Shown piece by piece: positions 1 to 9,300 of a stretch of DNA of 64,000 nt; the first letter of the stretch is position 1, and the number at the start of each line of letters is the position of its first letter. Made by a program: the position numbers and the translations under genes. This stretch comes from Candidatus Melainabacteria bacterium 17Bon1m. Lineage in GTDB: Bacteria; Cyanobacteriota; Vampirovibrionia; Obscuribacterales; Obscuribacteraceae. The notes beneath the pieces are model-generated. The model saw only the letters and a list, made by a program, of their open reading frames with translations. It did no database searches and was not told where the DNA came from. The DNA lies in NCBI GenBank assembly GCA_032128875.1, contig JAVLKG010000002.1, positions 416,001 to 480,000 on the forward strand. The letters are read 5' to 3'.

Positions 1-996
1 GGACAACGGTACGGATTGAGAAAGATTATGACTGCCTGCGCCATTAGCGAGAGTAGGCTGCGAGTTGGTCGGCATGAAATTCGATTTTGCCGAAGCCAGA
101 CCTGACGAAGCTTGCAATTTGTCGGAGAAAAGTCTTTGTGTTCCGCCCAGGTGCGATGCTAACTTTCCGTCGGACAATTGTGGTCCGGAAAGCATTTCGC
201 CGTAGGCGCCGCCTTCTTGTCCTGAGAATTTGGAGCTCCACTCGAATTGTGGTTTGTTGAGATCGAGACCGCCGGCGACATTCAGCTTGTTGACGGCAAA
301 ATGTTCAGGCGAAACATTCAAATGCGGCGCGCTGGCAAATTTGCTCGTCAGGGAATCGAATCCCATGTTGCCCATAAAATTATGTGCGCCCATTCCTCCC
401 ATGGTCTGGAAGATCGGCGCGTTTTGCGGCAAGAAAGATAGATTGATTGCTGAGTGTTCCAATCCGGGCATTCCAGGCATGTTGGACATGCCGACTTTCA
501 TTTGCGATCCCAGAGAACCTAAATGAGCGAAGAGTGTGTGATCAAACAAGCCAGCCAGTGGCGAGCTTCCTAAGAAGAATTGACCCAGGGCTTCGAAGAA
601 AGAATTCATCAAGCCCATGGCGCCTGGCATACGCATGATCAATTGAATGATTGGCGAGATTGGCTCATTGGCACCGGCCAGAGCTGCAACCATCGGTGTT
701 GCATCCATAGGAGGCGGAGCCATTGCCGCTAAGGCTTGTGCTTCCATGCCGGTTGGAGCAGGAACTGCACCTGTAAATTCAATGCCTGAAGGAAGCGCTG
801 CGGCAGTTGTTGCATCCATAGGCGGATGGAACGAAACCTGCATTCTGCTCAAATCAACTTGTCCCAGACCGCTGCCCATTCCGGCTTCAGCGCCAGCACT
901 GAGGCTGCCTTTCAAAAGCTCGTGTCCGGCTGCTCCGGCGAGATCGCCGCCGCCTGCTGGACTTGAGAATGATTGTGGTCGGAAGTTGAGTGACAT
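1..996 (-). CDS. Hypothetical Met/Gly/Pro/Ser-rich low-complexity protein, 3'-truncated at the window edge (not in the ORF track)
   Basis: Manual translation from ATG at 996 gives an open frame to position 1: MSLNFRPQSFSSPAGGGDLAG...PPMDAT (twice)...IIQLIMRMPGAMGLMNSFFEALGQFF...; purine-rich GAAGAG upstream. Confidence 0.75.
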   Translation of the reverse strand, partial: MSLNFRPQSFSSPAGGGDLAGAAGHELLKGSLSAGAEAGMGSGLGQVDLSRMQVSFHPPMDATTAAALPSGIEFTGAVPAPTGMEAQALAAMAPPPMDATPMVAALAGANEPISPIIQLIMRMPGAMGLMNSFFEALGQFFLGSSPLAGLFDHTLFAHLGSLGSQMKVGMSNMPGMPGLEHSAINLSFLPQNAPIFQTMGGMGAHNFMGNMGFDSLTSKFASAPHLNVSPEHFAVNKLNVAGGLDLNKPQFEWSSKFSGQEGGAYGEMLSGPQLSDGKLASHLGGTQRLFSDKLQASSGLASAKSNFMPTNSQPTLANGAGSHNLSQSVPLS

Positions 997-1266
997 TTGT
1001 ACTGCTCTTCGTAAGCTGGCTCAAATGTACAACTGGGTGGGGGGGCAAGTAAATACGCTTTGTGGGAAGGCTCCCACCTCTAGCCGATTTTCGTGGTGGA
1101 ATTACGAAAGAATTTTTCAATTGGCTGTCCAAAATGTCATTTTCAGCACGCAATGCCGGTCCGATCTCATATGAGTGTTCAAGCGGTTAAAATCATGCGT
1201 ACAGAAACACGCAAATTACTGCGGTTTTAACTGATTTTGTTCAACAGGCAGGGCAGGGAGATTGAC

Positions 1267-2682
1267 ATGAAAATGACCAAGAGTGCGCGTTTGTATATAC
1301 ACGGGGCAAACCGCTTGTCTAACGCATCAATCGCCTTGCTCGGCTCATTACTTGTCTCTGGCGCATTCTCGGGCGTTTCGGCGCTGGCCGCGGACCCCAC
1401 GGATAAGCGATTTGCCACTCTTAAACCCGCTGACTCTGCAACAGCAGGTGCGGCACCGGCAGTTCCTGTCGTACCGGTCGTCAGCCCCGCTTTACAGCAA
1501 GCGTTGGCAGCATATAGCCAAAGCCCTGACCAGGCGGGCTTCGACCGCATGGTCAATGTTATGAAAGATGCCCTTTGCCTGCCTCCACTGCGCGATGCAG
1601 ATGCTTCGGTTGTGATTAAAAACCACCCTCAACTGGCTGATCTCGGCGCCCGTGCCATTGATGCCGGCGGAGCCAAAGTTTGGGCGTTCAATAAGTGCCC
1701 ATTTGCGCAGACCTGCATTATCTTGACCGGACACCCCGGTAGTCCTGCTGGCCCAGCAAAGCCAGCTATTCCAGCTGCCTATCGCGCACAGTTGCTTTCT
1801 ATGCCGCCAAACATCTCCATTTGGAGCGCAAAAATCGTCACAAAATCCAATCCAGCGCCGGTGAAAGTCGTCAAAGTCGGCAAGGGGCGCAACGCCAAAC
1901 TTGTGAAGCAAGCGGCTCCGGCAGCACCAGTAGCTGCTGTTCAAGGCGCCCCCGGTGCTCCCAAATACCTGGTAATCGCCGGCAATGACCGTTCTACCGG
2001 ATTAATCACTTTGTATGGACTGAGACCGACGGATGCCGGTTGGATAGCTGCTCCAGATCTTTTCACATCTGTGCCTCCCTTCCTGCTCTCGAGCGTGCAG
2101 GGGAAGGCTTCTTTCTCAGGCTCGGATATTGTTCTGGCAATCGCGTCCAATAAGCCGCCGGTTGAAAAAGCTGCAGCCGGCAAAGCGACTGGTCCTGCTT
2201 CAGGAAGCTACAAAATTGTTCTCAAATTTGTAAACAGCAAATATTTGCTCGAGGGTAAGGCGCCGGACGAGGGCCCAGCAATGGTGATTCACCAGTTTCT
2301 CCAAGCCGTTAAAGACGGCAAGCAAGACGTCGCTAAAGCCTGGTTGGCGGACGACCATCTGGCTTCCATTCCCAAATATTTGGGTCTCTACGGCAAGACC
2401 GATCAGGTCTACAAGCTTGTGGCTATGTCCAACCCTATGGGCGGCGGTTCGCGTTTCCGAGTAGTAACCTTTGGAAAAGACGATCTCATCCTTGACGTTG
2501 GGACCATTAGGAAGACTCTTTACGGCAAACCAGCTTCTTATGTAGCTATTAAAGCTCTATTTGTAGCCCCGCCGGATCCGTTCGCGAAAAAGCTTGTCGG
2601 GGTAACGCCGAATTTTGAGCGAATTGGCGACCCTGCACCTTCTTCAGATGCTGCGACCAATAAAATTGAGCAAAAACAATAA
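1267..2682 (+). CDS. Hypothetical exported protein
   Basis: Long ORF; AGGGAG RBS before ATG 1267; signal-peptide-like N-terminus (ALLGSLLVSGAFSGVSALA); Ala/Pro-rich linkers. Confidence 0.75.
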   Translation: MKMTKSARLYIHGANRLSNASIALLGSLLVSGAFSGVSALAADPTDKRFATLKPADSATAGAAPAVPVVPVVSPALQQALAAYSQSPDQAGFDRMVNVMKDALCLPPLRDADASVVIKNHPQLADLGARAIDAGGAKVWAFNKCPFAQTCIILTGHPGSPAGPAKPAIPAAYRAQLLSMPPNISIWSAKIVTKSNPAPVKVVKVGKGRNAKLVKQAAPAAPVAAVQGAPGAPKYLVIAGNDRSTGLITLYGLRPTDAGWIAAPDLFTSVPPFLLSSVQGKASFSGSDIVLAIASNKPPVEKAAAGKATGPASGSYKIVLKFVNSKYLLEGKAPDEGPAMVIHQFLQAVKDGKQDVAKAWLADDHLASIPKYLGLYGKTDQVYKLVAMSNPMGGGSRFRVVTFGKDDLILDVGTIRKTLYGKPASYVAIKALFVAPPDPFAKKLVGVTPNFERIGDPAPSSDAATNKIEQKQ

Positions 2683-2775
2683 AAGAAGAGTCTTACTTAG
2701 TAAGAGATCTTGAAAAAAGAGCTGTCATTATGGGCATATAAAGGCTGAACTGCCTGATTGCAATAGGTCATCTCC

Positions 2776-4695
2776 GTGTCGTCATCGTCCGACACTCCAT
2801 TTCAAACCCTTCCTTCTCGTGATGATCAACCATCTGACGAGAAGACTTACTTTGCGCCCTCACTTTCGTTTTTAACCTATTCCTATCGCGAGACTCTCTT
2901 TGCGGAATTCGAGAGGCTGGTGGAAGCAGCAAAGCAGTTCGACGGTTTGATCATCGACCTGATGCAAACTGGTTTTTCTGTGCCTCTTGATGAATTGGTC
3001 AAGTTCAGCCTCTATGCAAAACGGTTGTTGAAACCGCAGGGCGTTTTGCTCTTCGTCAAAGCTGACGGAGCGATTACTCTGACCAAAGATGACCCGGGCG
3101 GCGGTTTGACGTTTAACGTATACGACAGCCCCTTCGGCATTTTTGCGCGGCACCCCATGCTGGCTGATTATGTTTGCGCCACTGTGTCAGGTATCGACAG
3201 GCGACGTCTGCGCGGTGGCGGAAGCACTTTGGCGAACCACATTCTCTACACTTCGACACCTGTTCTCACCGACGCAGGCCGCAAAGCAAAGGAGGGATTC
3301 AATCTTCCGGCGCCGCAAAGCTGGGTTTTGCAAATGATCGACGATTACTCGTCTGTCGAGGCAATTACTCGTACTCTCGAAGAACGCCATCATTTGCCGG
3401 CTGACGAGACCCTGCGCATGCTTCAGGAATTGGAAGCGGAAGACATTATCTTTCCGGTTTTCTCGCGCATTCAGTTTCTCTCCAATTGCTACCACAACAG
3501 AAAACCTTTCAGGCTCGGGCGTTACATGGTTGCAGCCGGTATTCTCAGTGAGTCTCAATTGCAAGAACTTCTGGAAAGACAAGAAGAAGAGGGCTGGGGC
3601 AAAGGGCAGAAGACATTCCTCGGGCTGCTTGCTGTTCGGCTTGGTTTCTTAAATACGCGCGAATTGGAAGTTTTGCTCGACGACCAATACCTTTACGGTG
3701 GCTATCACAAGAAGGCCGACTCTGAAGGTCAATCCGGTCGCAACGTAGAGACCATGCGGGATTCGATGATTGGTTCACTGGGCGCGATCGAGGCGCACGG
3801 TTTGCTTCAATCTTTGTCGACTGCTCAAAAGACGGGCTTGCTCACTGTGGAGAACCGAGACAAGGCGCTCGTTGTTTCATTTACCAACGGCAAACCGATT
3901 GCCGCCAAAATGAACCGTTTGAAGGGCATAGAAGCCATTACAGAGTTTGTTACTAGTTGGACTGAGGGTATTTTCGTATTCCGCGACAAAGGCACCTCAC
4001 AGGAGCTCGAGGAGACCTGCGAGCTGAATCGATCTTTGGACAGGATGCTGCTCGATTCAATGCTTTACAAAGACCAAGTCAATCAAATTCTGGCTCAATT
4101 GCCGACAGGGCGAAACACCATTCTCGAGCGGGTTTGGAATTTCGAGACTCTCTGGAACAAGCTGTCCACCAAGCCTTTGAAATATCTCGATGAGAGTACT
4201 GTCACCGATCGCGACAAGCAGGCGATTCAGCAGCTTGCTAATTTGATCGATGGACTCTCGACTCTCGATGAGGTGATAAAGTCGTTCGACATGTGGCCCG
4301 GTTATGCCATCATCAAGTCGGTTCACCTGCTTATTGAGCAGCGTCTGGTGAATGTGCAGCAAGCCAGCCTTTTCCGTCCTCTTTCAGTCTTCCAGCGCAT
4401 TGTCAGTGAGTTGCAAAAAACTATCGGCAGAGACGACAACAAAGCGCTCTTGCAGGCCAGTCTGCATTATGTTCATGGTGATTCCCCTGCAGCATCCCGT
4501 TTCCACATCGATCACGAGGGACGGGTGAGCGTCAACCTTGCTCAGGTCAAAACCTCGGGTACGCCGGTGTCCGCAGTTTTACTCGAACTTCGTCGCTGGA
4601 TGGAGGCGTACCTTGCGTACTGCAGGCGCCAGATCGATCCGCATATTGTCGACAATGCGGTCGCCAAGATAGTCAACGGCCAGCCGCCGCAGTAA
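2776..4695 (+). CDS. DUF4388 (PATAN-like) domain protein with an MshEN-type c-di-GMP-binding motif
   Basis: GSLGAIEAHGLLQSLSTAQKTGLLTV...F.NGKPIAA...W.EG.F.F resembles DUF4388; RLGRYMVAAGILSESQLQELLERQ fits the MshEN consensus. Confidence 0.75.
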   Translation: MSSSSDTPFQTLPSRDDQPSDEKTYFAPSLSFLTYSYRETLFAEFERLVEAAKQFDGLIIDLMQTGFSVPLDELVKFSLYAKRLLKPQGVLLFVKADGAITLTKDDPGGGLTFNVYDSPFGIFARHPMLADYVCATVSGIDRRRLRGGGSTLANHILYTSTPVLTDAGRKAKEGFNLPAPQSWVLQMIDDYSSVEAITRTLEERHHLPADETLRMLQELEAEDIIFPVFSRIQFLSNCYHNRKPFRLGRYMVAAGILSESQLQELLERQEEEGWGKGQKTFLGLLAVRLGFLNTRELEVLLDDQYLYGGYHKKADSEGQSGRNVETMRDSMIGSLGAIEAHGLLQSLSTAQKTGLLTVENRDKALVVSFTNGKPIAAKMNRLKGIEAITEFVTSWTEGIFVFRDKGTSQELEETCELNRSLDRMLLDSMLYKDQVNQILAQLPTGRNTILERVWNFETLWNKLSTKPLKYLDESTVTDRDKQAIQQLANLIDGLSTLDEVIKSFDMWPGYAIIKSVHLLIEQRLVNVQQASLFRPLSVFQRIVSELQKTIGRDDNKALLQASLHYVHGDSPAASRFHIDHEGRVSVNLAQVKTSGTPVSAVLLELRRWMEAYLAYCRRQIDPHIVDNAVAKIVNGQPPQ

Positions 4696-4776
4696 AACGT
4701 TTCAAAGCCCCATCTAGGCTTTTAGAAACAGTACAATAACGCTCTTGTTTCAAGAAGAACCAAAGAGGAAGTCCTC

Positions 4777-6366
4777 GTGAAGTACAAATTGGAATCGGCT
4801 TCGCTTTCGCAATGCCAGAGCGATTTGGTTTGTGTATTTGTTTATTCAAATGAAAGTATTGCCGACGTTTTGAAAGATGTCGATCCTGCTTTTGGTCGCA
4901 AGCTTAAGCCTTTTGTGGACATGGTCTCCACGCATGCGACTGAGGATGGTTTCAAAGGAAAAGCCAATCAAGTGCTTGTACTTCCGACATTCGGAAATCT
5001 GACAGCCAGAAGAATTTGTTTTCTTGGAGTTGGAGAAGGCAAAGATTTCACCAATGCCAATGCCAGGAAAGCCGCGGCTACACTTGTAAGACGTTTGCCC
5101 GGTGAAAGCTTTCAAGGCGAGATATCGATTTATTTCCGCCATGGTGCAGCAGGCAAAACTACAGCTAAAAAAACTGCGGTAAAACGTCAAGCAAAAACTT
5201 CCGCCGCTTCGAAATCCGCAGAGCATGGGGATGATGCAGAGATCGCTCAAGCGATTGTCGAAGGTATTCACCTGGCGTCTTACTCTTTCAAAAAGTATAA
5301 GTCGAGCAAAAATGGCGACAATAAGAAAGAAAAAACAGCCCAGACCCTCGGCTTCAGTGGTCTGTCACTGTCTGCAAAAGCGCTCGCAGATGTTTGTGCG
5401 AAGGGAGAATCGATCGCCGAATCTACCAACTTCGCACGCCGCCTAATTGCCGAGCCACCGTGCTTTATGACACCCAGTCGGCTGGCTGACGAAGCTCGTG
5501 CCGTCGGAAAGGAATTCGGTCTCACTGTCAAAGTTTTTGATGCCAAAGAAATCGAGAAGATGTCTATGGGCTCTTTTCTTGGTGTCGCCCGTGGTGCCAA
5601 AGAACCGCCTAAATTCATTGTCATTTCTTATGATGTTCCGAAAGCAAAACGAAAAGTTGCTATTGTCGGCAAAGGCATAACCTTTGATTCAGGCGGGCTT
5701 TCGCTCAAGCCGGCCCAGAGCATGGAACATATGAAATATGACATGTCTGGTGCTGCCGCCGTCATCGCGACAATGCGTGTAGTCGGTAAATTCAAACCGA
5801 ATTTTTCCGTAATGGCAGTGGTCGCCGCTACAGAAAACATGCCTGGAGACAATGCTTTGCACCCGGGCGATGTGATCAAGGCAATGAACGGCAAAACCAT
5901 TGAAGTAAACAACACTGACGCTGAAGGTCGGTTGATTCTCGCCGATGCCCTTACTTACGCTGTTAAGCAAGGTGCCGACGAGTTGATTGATATTGCTACT
6001 TTGACAGGCGCAGTAGTTACGGCCTTGGGTCGTGTCGCAGCCGGAATCATGGGTTCTGATCAGAATCTGGTCAACCAGCTCATTGAAAGTGGTGCGCGCG
6101 GTGGAGAAAAACTCTGGCAATTGCCGCTTTATGATGAATATCAGGAAAGCTTGAAGAGTGATATCGCTGATTTGAAAAACGCAGGTGCTCGCGGCGAGGC
6201 TGGAACGGCCAGCGCCGCTATGTTCCTCAAAGAGTTCACTGGAGGCAAGTCATGGGCGCATTTAGATATTGCCGGTCCAGGCTGGCTGGATCGAGATAGA
6301 GAAGAATGCAACAAAGGCGGCACCGGATTTGGTGTACGCACTCTTTGCCGATATTTGATCGGATAG
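4777..6366 (+). CDS. pepA: Leucyl aminopeptidase (M17)
   Basis: VGKGITFDSGG, MKYDMSGAA, NTDAEGRL, WAHLDIAG motifs. Confidence 0.97.
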   Translation: MKYKLESASLSQCQSDLVCVFVYSNESIADVLKDVDPAFGRKLKPFVDMVSTHATEDGFKGKANQVLVLPTFGNLTARRICFLGVGEGKDFTNANARKAAATLVRRLPGESFQGEISIYFRHGAAGKTTAKKTAVKRQAKTSAASKSAEHGDDAEIAQAIVEGIHLASYSFKKYKSSKNGDNKKEKTAQTLGFSGLSLSAKALADVCAKGESIAESTNFARRLIAEPPCFMTPSRLADEARAVGKEFGLTVKVFDAKEIEKMSMGSFLGVARGAKEPPKFIVISYDVPKAKRKVAIVGKGITFDSGGLSLKPAQSMEHMKYDMSGAAAVIATMRVVGKFKPNFSVMAVVAATENMPGDNALHPGDVIKAMNGKTIEVNNTDAEGRLILADALTYAVKQGADELIDIATLTGAVVTALGRVAAGIMGSDQNLVNQLIESGARGGEKLWQLPLYDEYQESLKSDIADLKNAGARGEAGTASAAMFLKEFTGGKSWAHLDIAGPGWLDRDREECNKGGTGFGVRTLCRYLIG

Positions 6367-6375
6367 CTGATTTAG

Positions 6376-9300
6376 CTAGGTAGAAACAACCTGCGTGATG
6401 CTGCGCATTAGCGGTATGAGCGCATCGGTGTCACGTCCGTCGCTAAGGGTCACCAGAAGTCCTCCGCCAAAATCTGCGATTACCAGGAAGCCGCGCGGTG
6501 TGCGAGCGACGACCTGATGGACGCGATTGTGGCCGATCTTCTTAATTGCAGTTTCTGTATTCATGTACACGGCAAGCGCCCAGATGCCGATGGAATCGGC
6601 TTCTATGTCCTGTGGCATAGTGTTGGCGATGAGCAAACCGTCATGCCCGATGATGATCGATCCGACAACATCAGGCGTGCCACCGATGTGGTGAAGTAGT
6701 CCTTGAATTTCGGAAGCGGCTTCCAAAGTAAGGATCTTCATCTTGGTGTCGGAAAGATCCGAAGCAGTCAATTTGCCAATCTTTTCCAGGTCTTTTTGGT
6801 CAAGCAAGAATTTGCCTATCGATGCAATTCTTCCGCTGCCGGTATCGCCGCCCTGATCTGGCTTGGCATCCAACCTTCCCAAACCTTCGATTTTGGGAGG
6901 AGGAACCGCCGCACCCATTGGATCTTGAACGGCAACGTCGCTCAGTGCTTGAACCGCTGCGGCTACATTCACTCTTTGCTGACCTGCGTTTACTTGCGTA
7001 TCTTGATCTTGAACTCCGAGATTGTCGGAGAAGATCTGATTCATCATGTTGTCGTCGACGCTAAAGAGACCAGCCTGAGCCTGAGGTGCTTGCGGCGGTG
7101 GTGCTCCAAACGGTGCGGGAGCCTGAGCCGGGGCGCCAAACGGTGCCGGTGCCGGAGCGCCAAATGGCGCTGGAGCCGGAGCGCCAAATGGCGCTGGAGC
7201 TTGCTGAGCTTGAGGCATTTGCGGCGGCTGCGGTGCTTGAGCTGGTGCTCCGAATGGAGCGCCAAAAGGTGCAGGAGCGGCAGCTTGCTGAGGAACACCG
7301 AAAGGCTGAGGCGGCGCAGCTTGACCAAATTGATCAAGTGCCTGAGGCGGCGCTCCGAAAGGAGCTGGAGCTGCTTGTTGTGGTGGCACTCCGAACGGCT
7401 GTTGTGCAAATGGCGCGGACGGTGCCTGTTGTTGCATGGGTTGTTGCATTTGCTGCTGCTGCTGCATCTGTTGCTGCATGTCTTGCTGCATTTGAGGTTG
7501 CATCTGCTGTTGCATTTGAGCTTGTGCAGGCATTTGCTGTTCGCCGGTTCCACCAACAGGCTTAGCCATTTCTTGTACTCCAAGGTTTTTGGAGAACAAG
7601 TCGTCCATGGCAGTATCGTCTAAATTGAAAAGTCCGTTCGATTTGTTTTCCGGTGCCGCCGGTGCTGCGGCAAAAGGCGCCGGTGCTGCGGCGACAGGAG
7701 CTTGACCGTTCGGCGGTATAGCCGCCGGGAAGCCGCCTGATGCACTGGGCTGTCCCCAGCCTGTAGCCGGAGGACCACCGGATGCGGTGGCAACGTTTTT
7801 CGACATTACAGGAACGATTTTCGGTTGACCCGCTCCACCAGTTGCCGGTTGCGGCATGGCAAAGGGATTGGCAGGAGCCGGTGCAGCAGGTGCACCAAAT
7901 GGCGCTGGCGGCGCCGATGCTGCTGGAGCAAATGGTTGTGGTGCAGCTTCCGGCTGTCCGAACGGAGCAGGCGGTGGTGCGCCAAAAGGTTGGACCGGTT
8001 CTGGAGTTTGCGCCGCAAATGGCATCGGAGCCGGTGCCGGCGTAGCAAACGGCTGAGGTGCTTCAGGCGCGCCAAATGGAGCCGGCGGCGGTGCGCCGAA
8101 TGGAGCAGGTGGTGCACCAAATGGAGCAGGTGCGCTTGGTGTCGCAAACGGCATAGGAGCTTCTTGAGCCGGTGCACCAAACGGTGCCGGTGGTGGTGCA
8201 GGCGCTGCAAAAGGTTGCGGCTCCGGTGCTTGCTGAGCAAATGCTGGTGCTTGCGGCTCCGGCATTGCAGGCGCAAAGGGCTGAGGATTAGAGTCTTGTC
8301 CAGGCACCGGAGGCGGGTTGAAGGGCTGACCCCATGGGTTGGCTACCGGCTCGGGAGGTGCAATCGGCAGCGACTTCATGATCGCCGGTTGTGGCGGACC
8401 TTCTTGCTTCGGCACTGCTGCCTGCGGTGAGCTTTCATTGATGCCAAGGTGCTCTGAGAATATTTTTTCGATTTCGTTATCGTCGACATTGAATAATGCG
8501 CCGCCGATTCCTGCTGCCGGTGCTTGCGGTGGTGCAGGCATTGCAGGCTGCGGAACTGGTTGTCCAGGAACAAATGCTGGTGGATTGATATTCAATCGCG
8601 AAGGCGAGCCACCTGACTGTGGCATTGCCGGTTCTGGCGGAACTCCAAATGGTTGAGCGAAAGGCTGAGGAGGAGCTGCATCAGCTTGAGGCTGTCTGTG
8701 CAATTGATCTTGTGCTTCCACGACCGGCAAATCCCAACTTGATGCTGTGATGCCTTGGTCAGCTGGAGAACCAAACGGATTTGGTGGTGCCGGCGGTGCC
8801 ATTGGTGCTGGAGCCGGTGCTGCTTGCGGAGCAGGAGGCGGCGAGCCCCAAGGTGTCGGAGCTGCTGGCTGCGGTGAAAGCGGCTCACCGACAGGTTGCG
8901 CTGTAGTTGGGGTCAGTTGCTGGGTGCGTTCTTGAATAGGAACATCCCAGCGCGGAGGGGGCGGCGAAAGTTCAGGAGCTTGCTGTTGCGAGCGATCTTG
9001 AATTGGGGTATCCCAACGATTGTCGCCTGTTGCTTTTGCTGCCGGAGCTGCCATCGGAGAGGGCATTGGCGGTGCTGCTGGTGCTGCCGCCATCGCTTCT
9101 TGCTTCATGCGCTCCTGAATTGGCATATCCCAGCGAGACTCTTCAGAGTTTTGTCCTGGAGCCGCTTGTCCTTCAGCAAGAACATTGGACAGCCTATCCA
9201 TAATTGAATCTTTTGGTATGCCTGTGCCGGCCACACCAGCTGGTGCGCTGGGCATAGCAGGGGCTTGCGGAGCCGCGCCCGCGCCAAATCCACCCGGTGC

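Noticed and set aside
7121-8230. Repeats as a possible CRISPR array or repeat element
   Set aside because: Degenerate, in-frame, encode PFG/APAP peptides; no constant repeat with unique spacers and no cas genes
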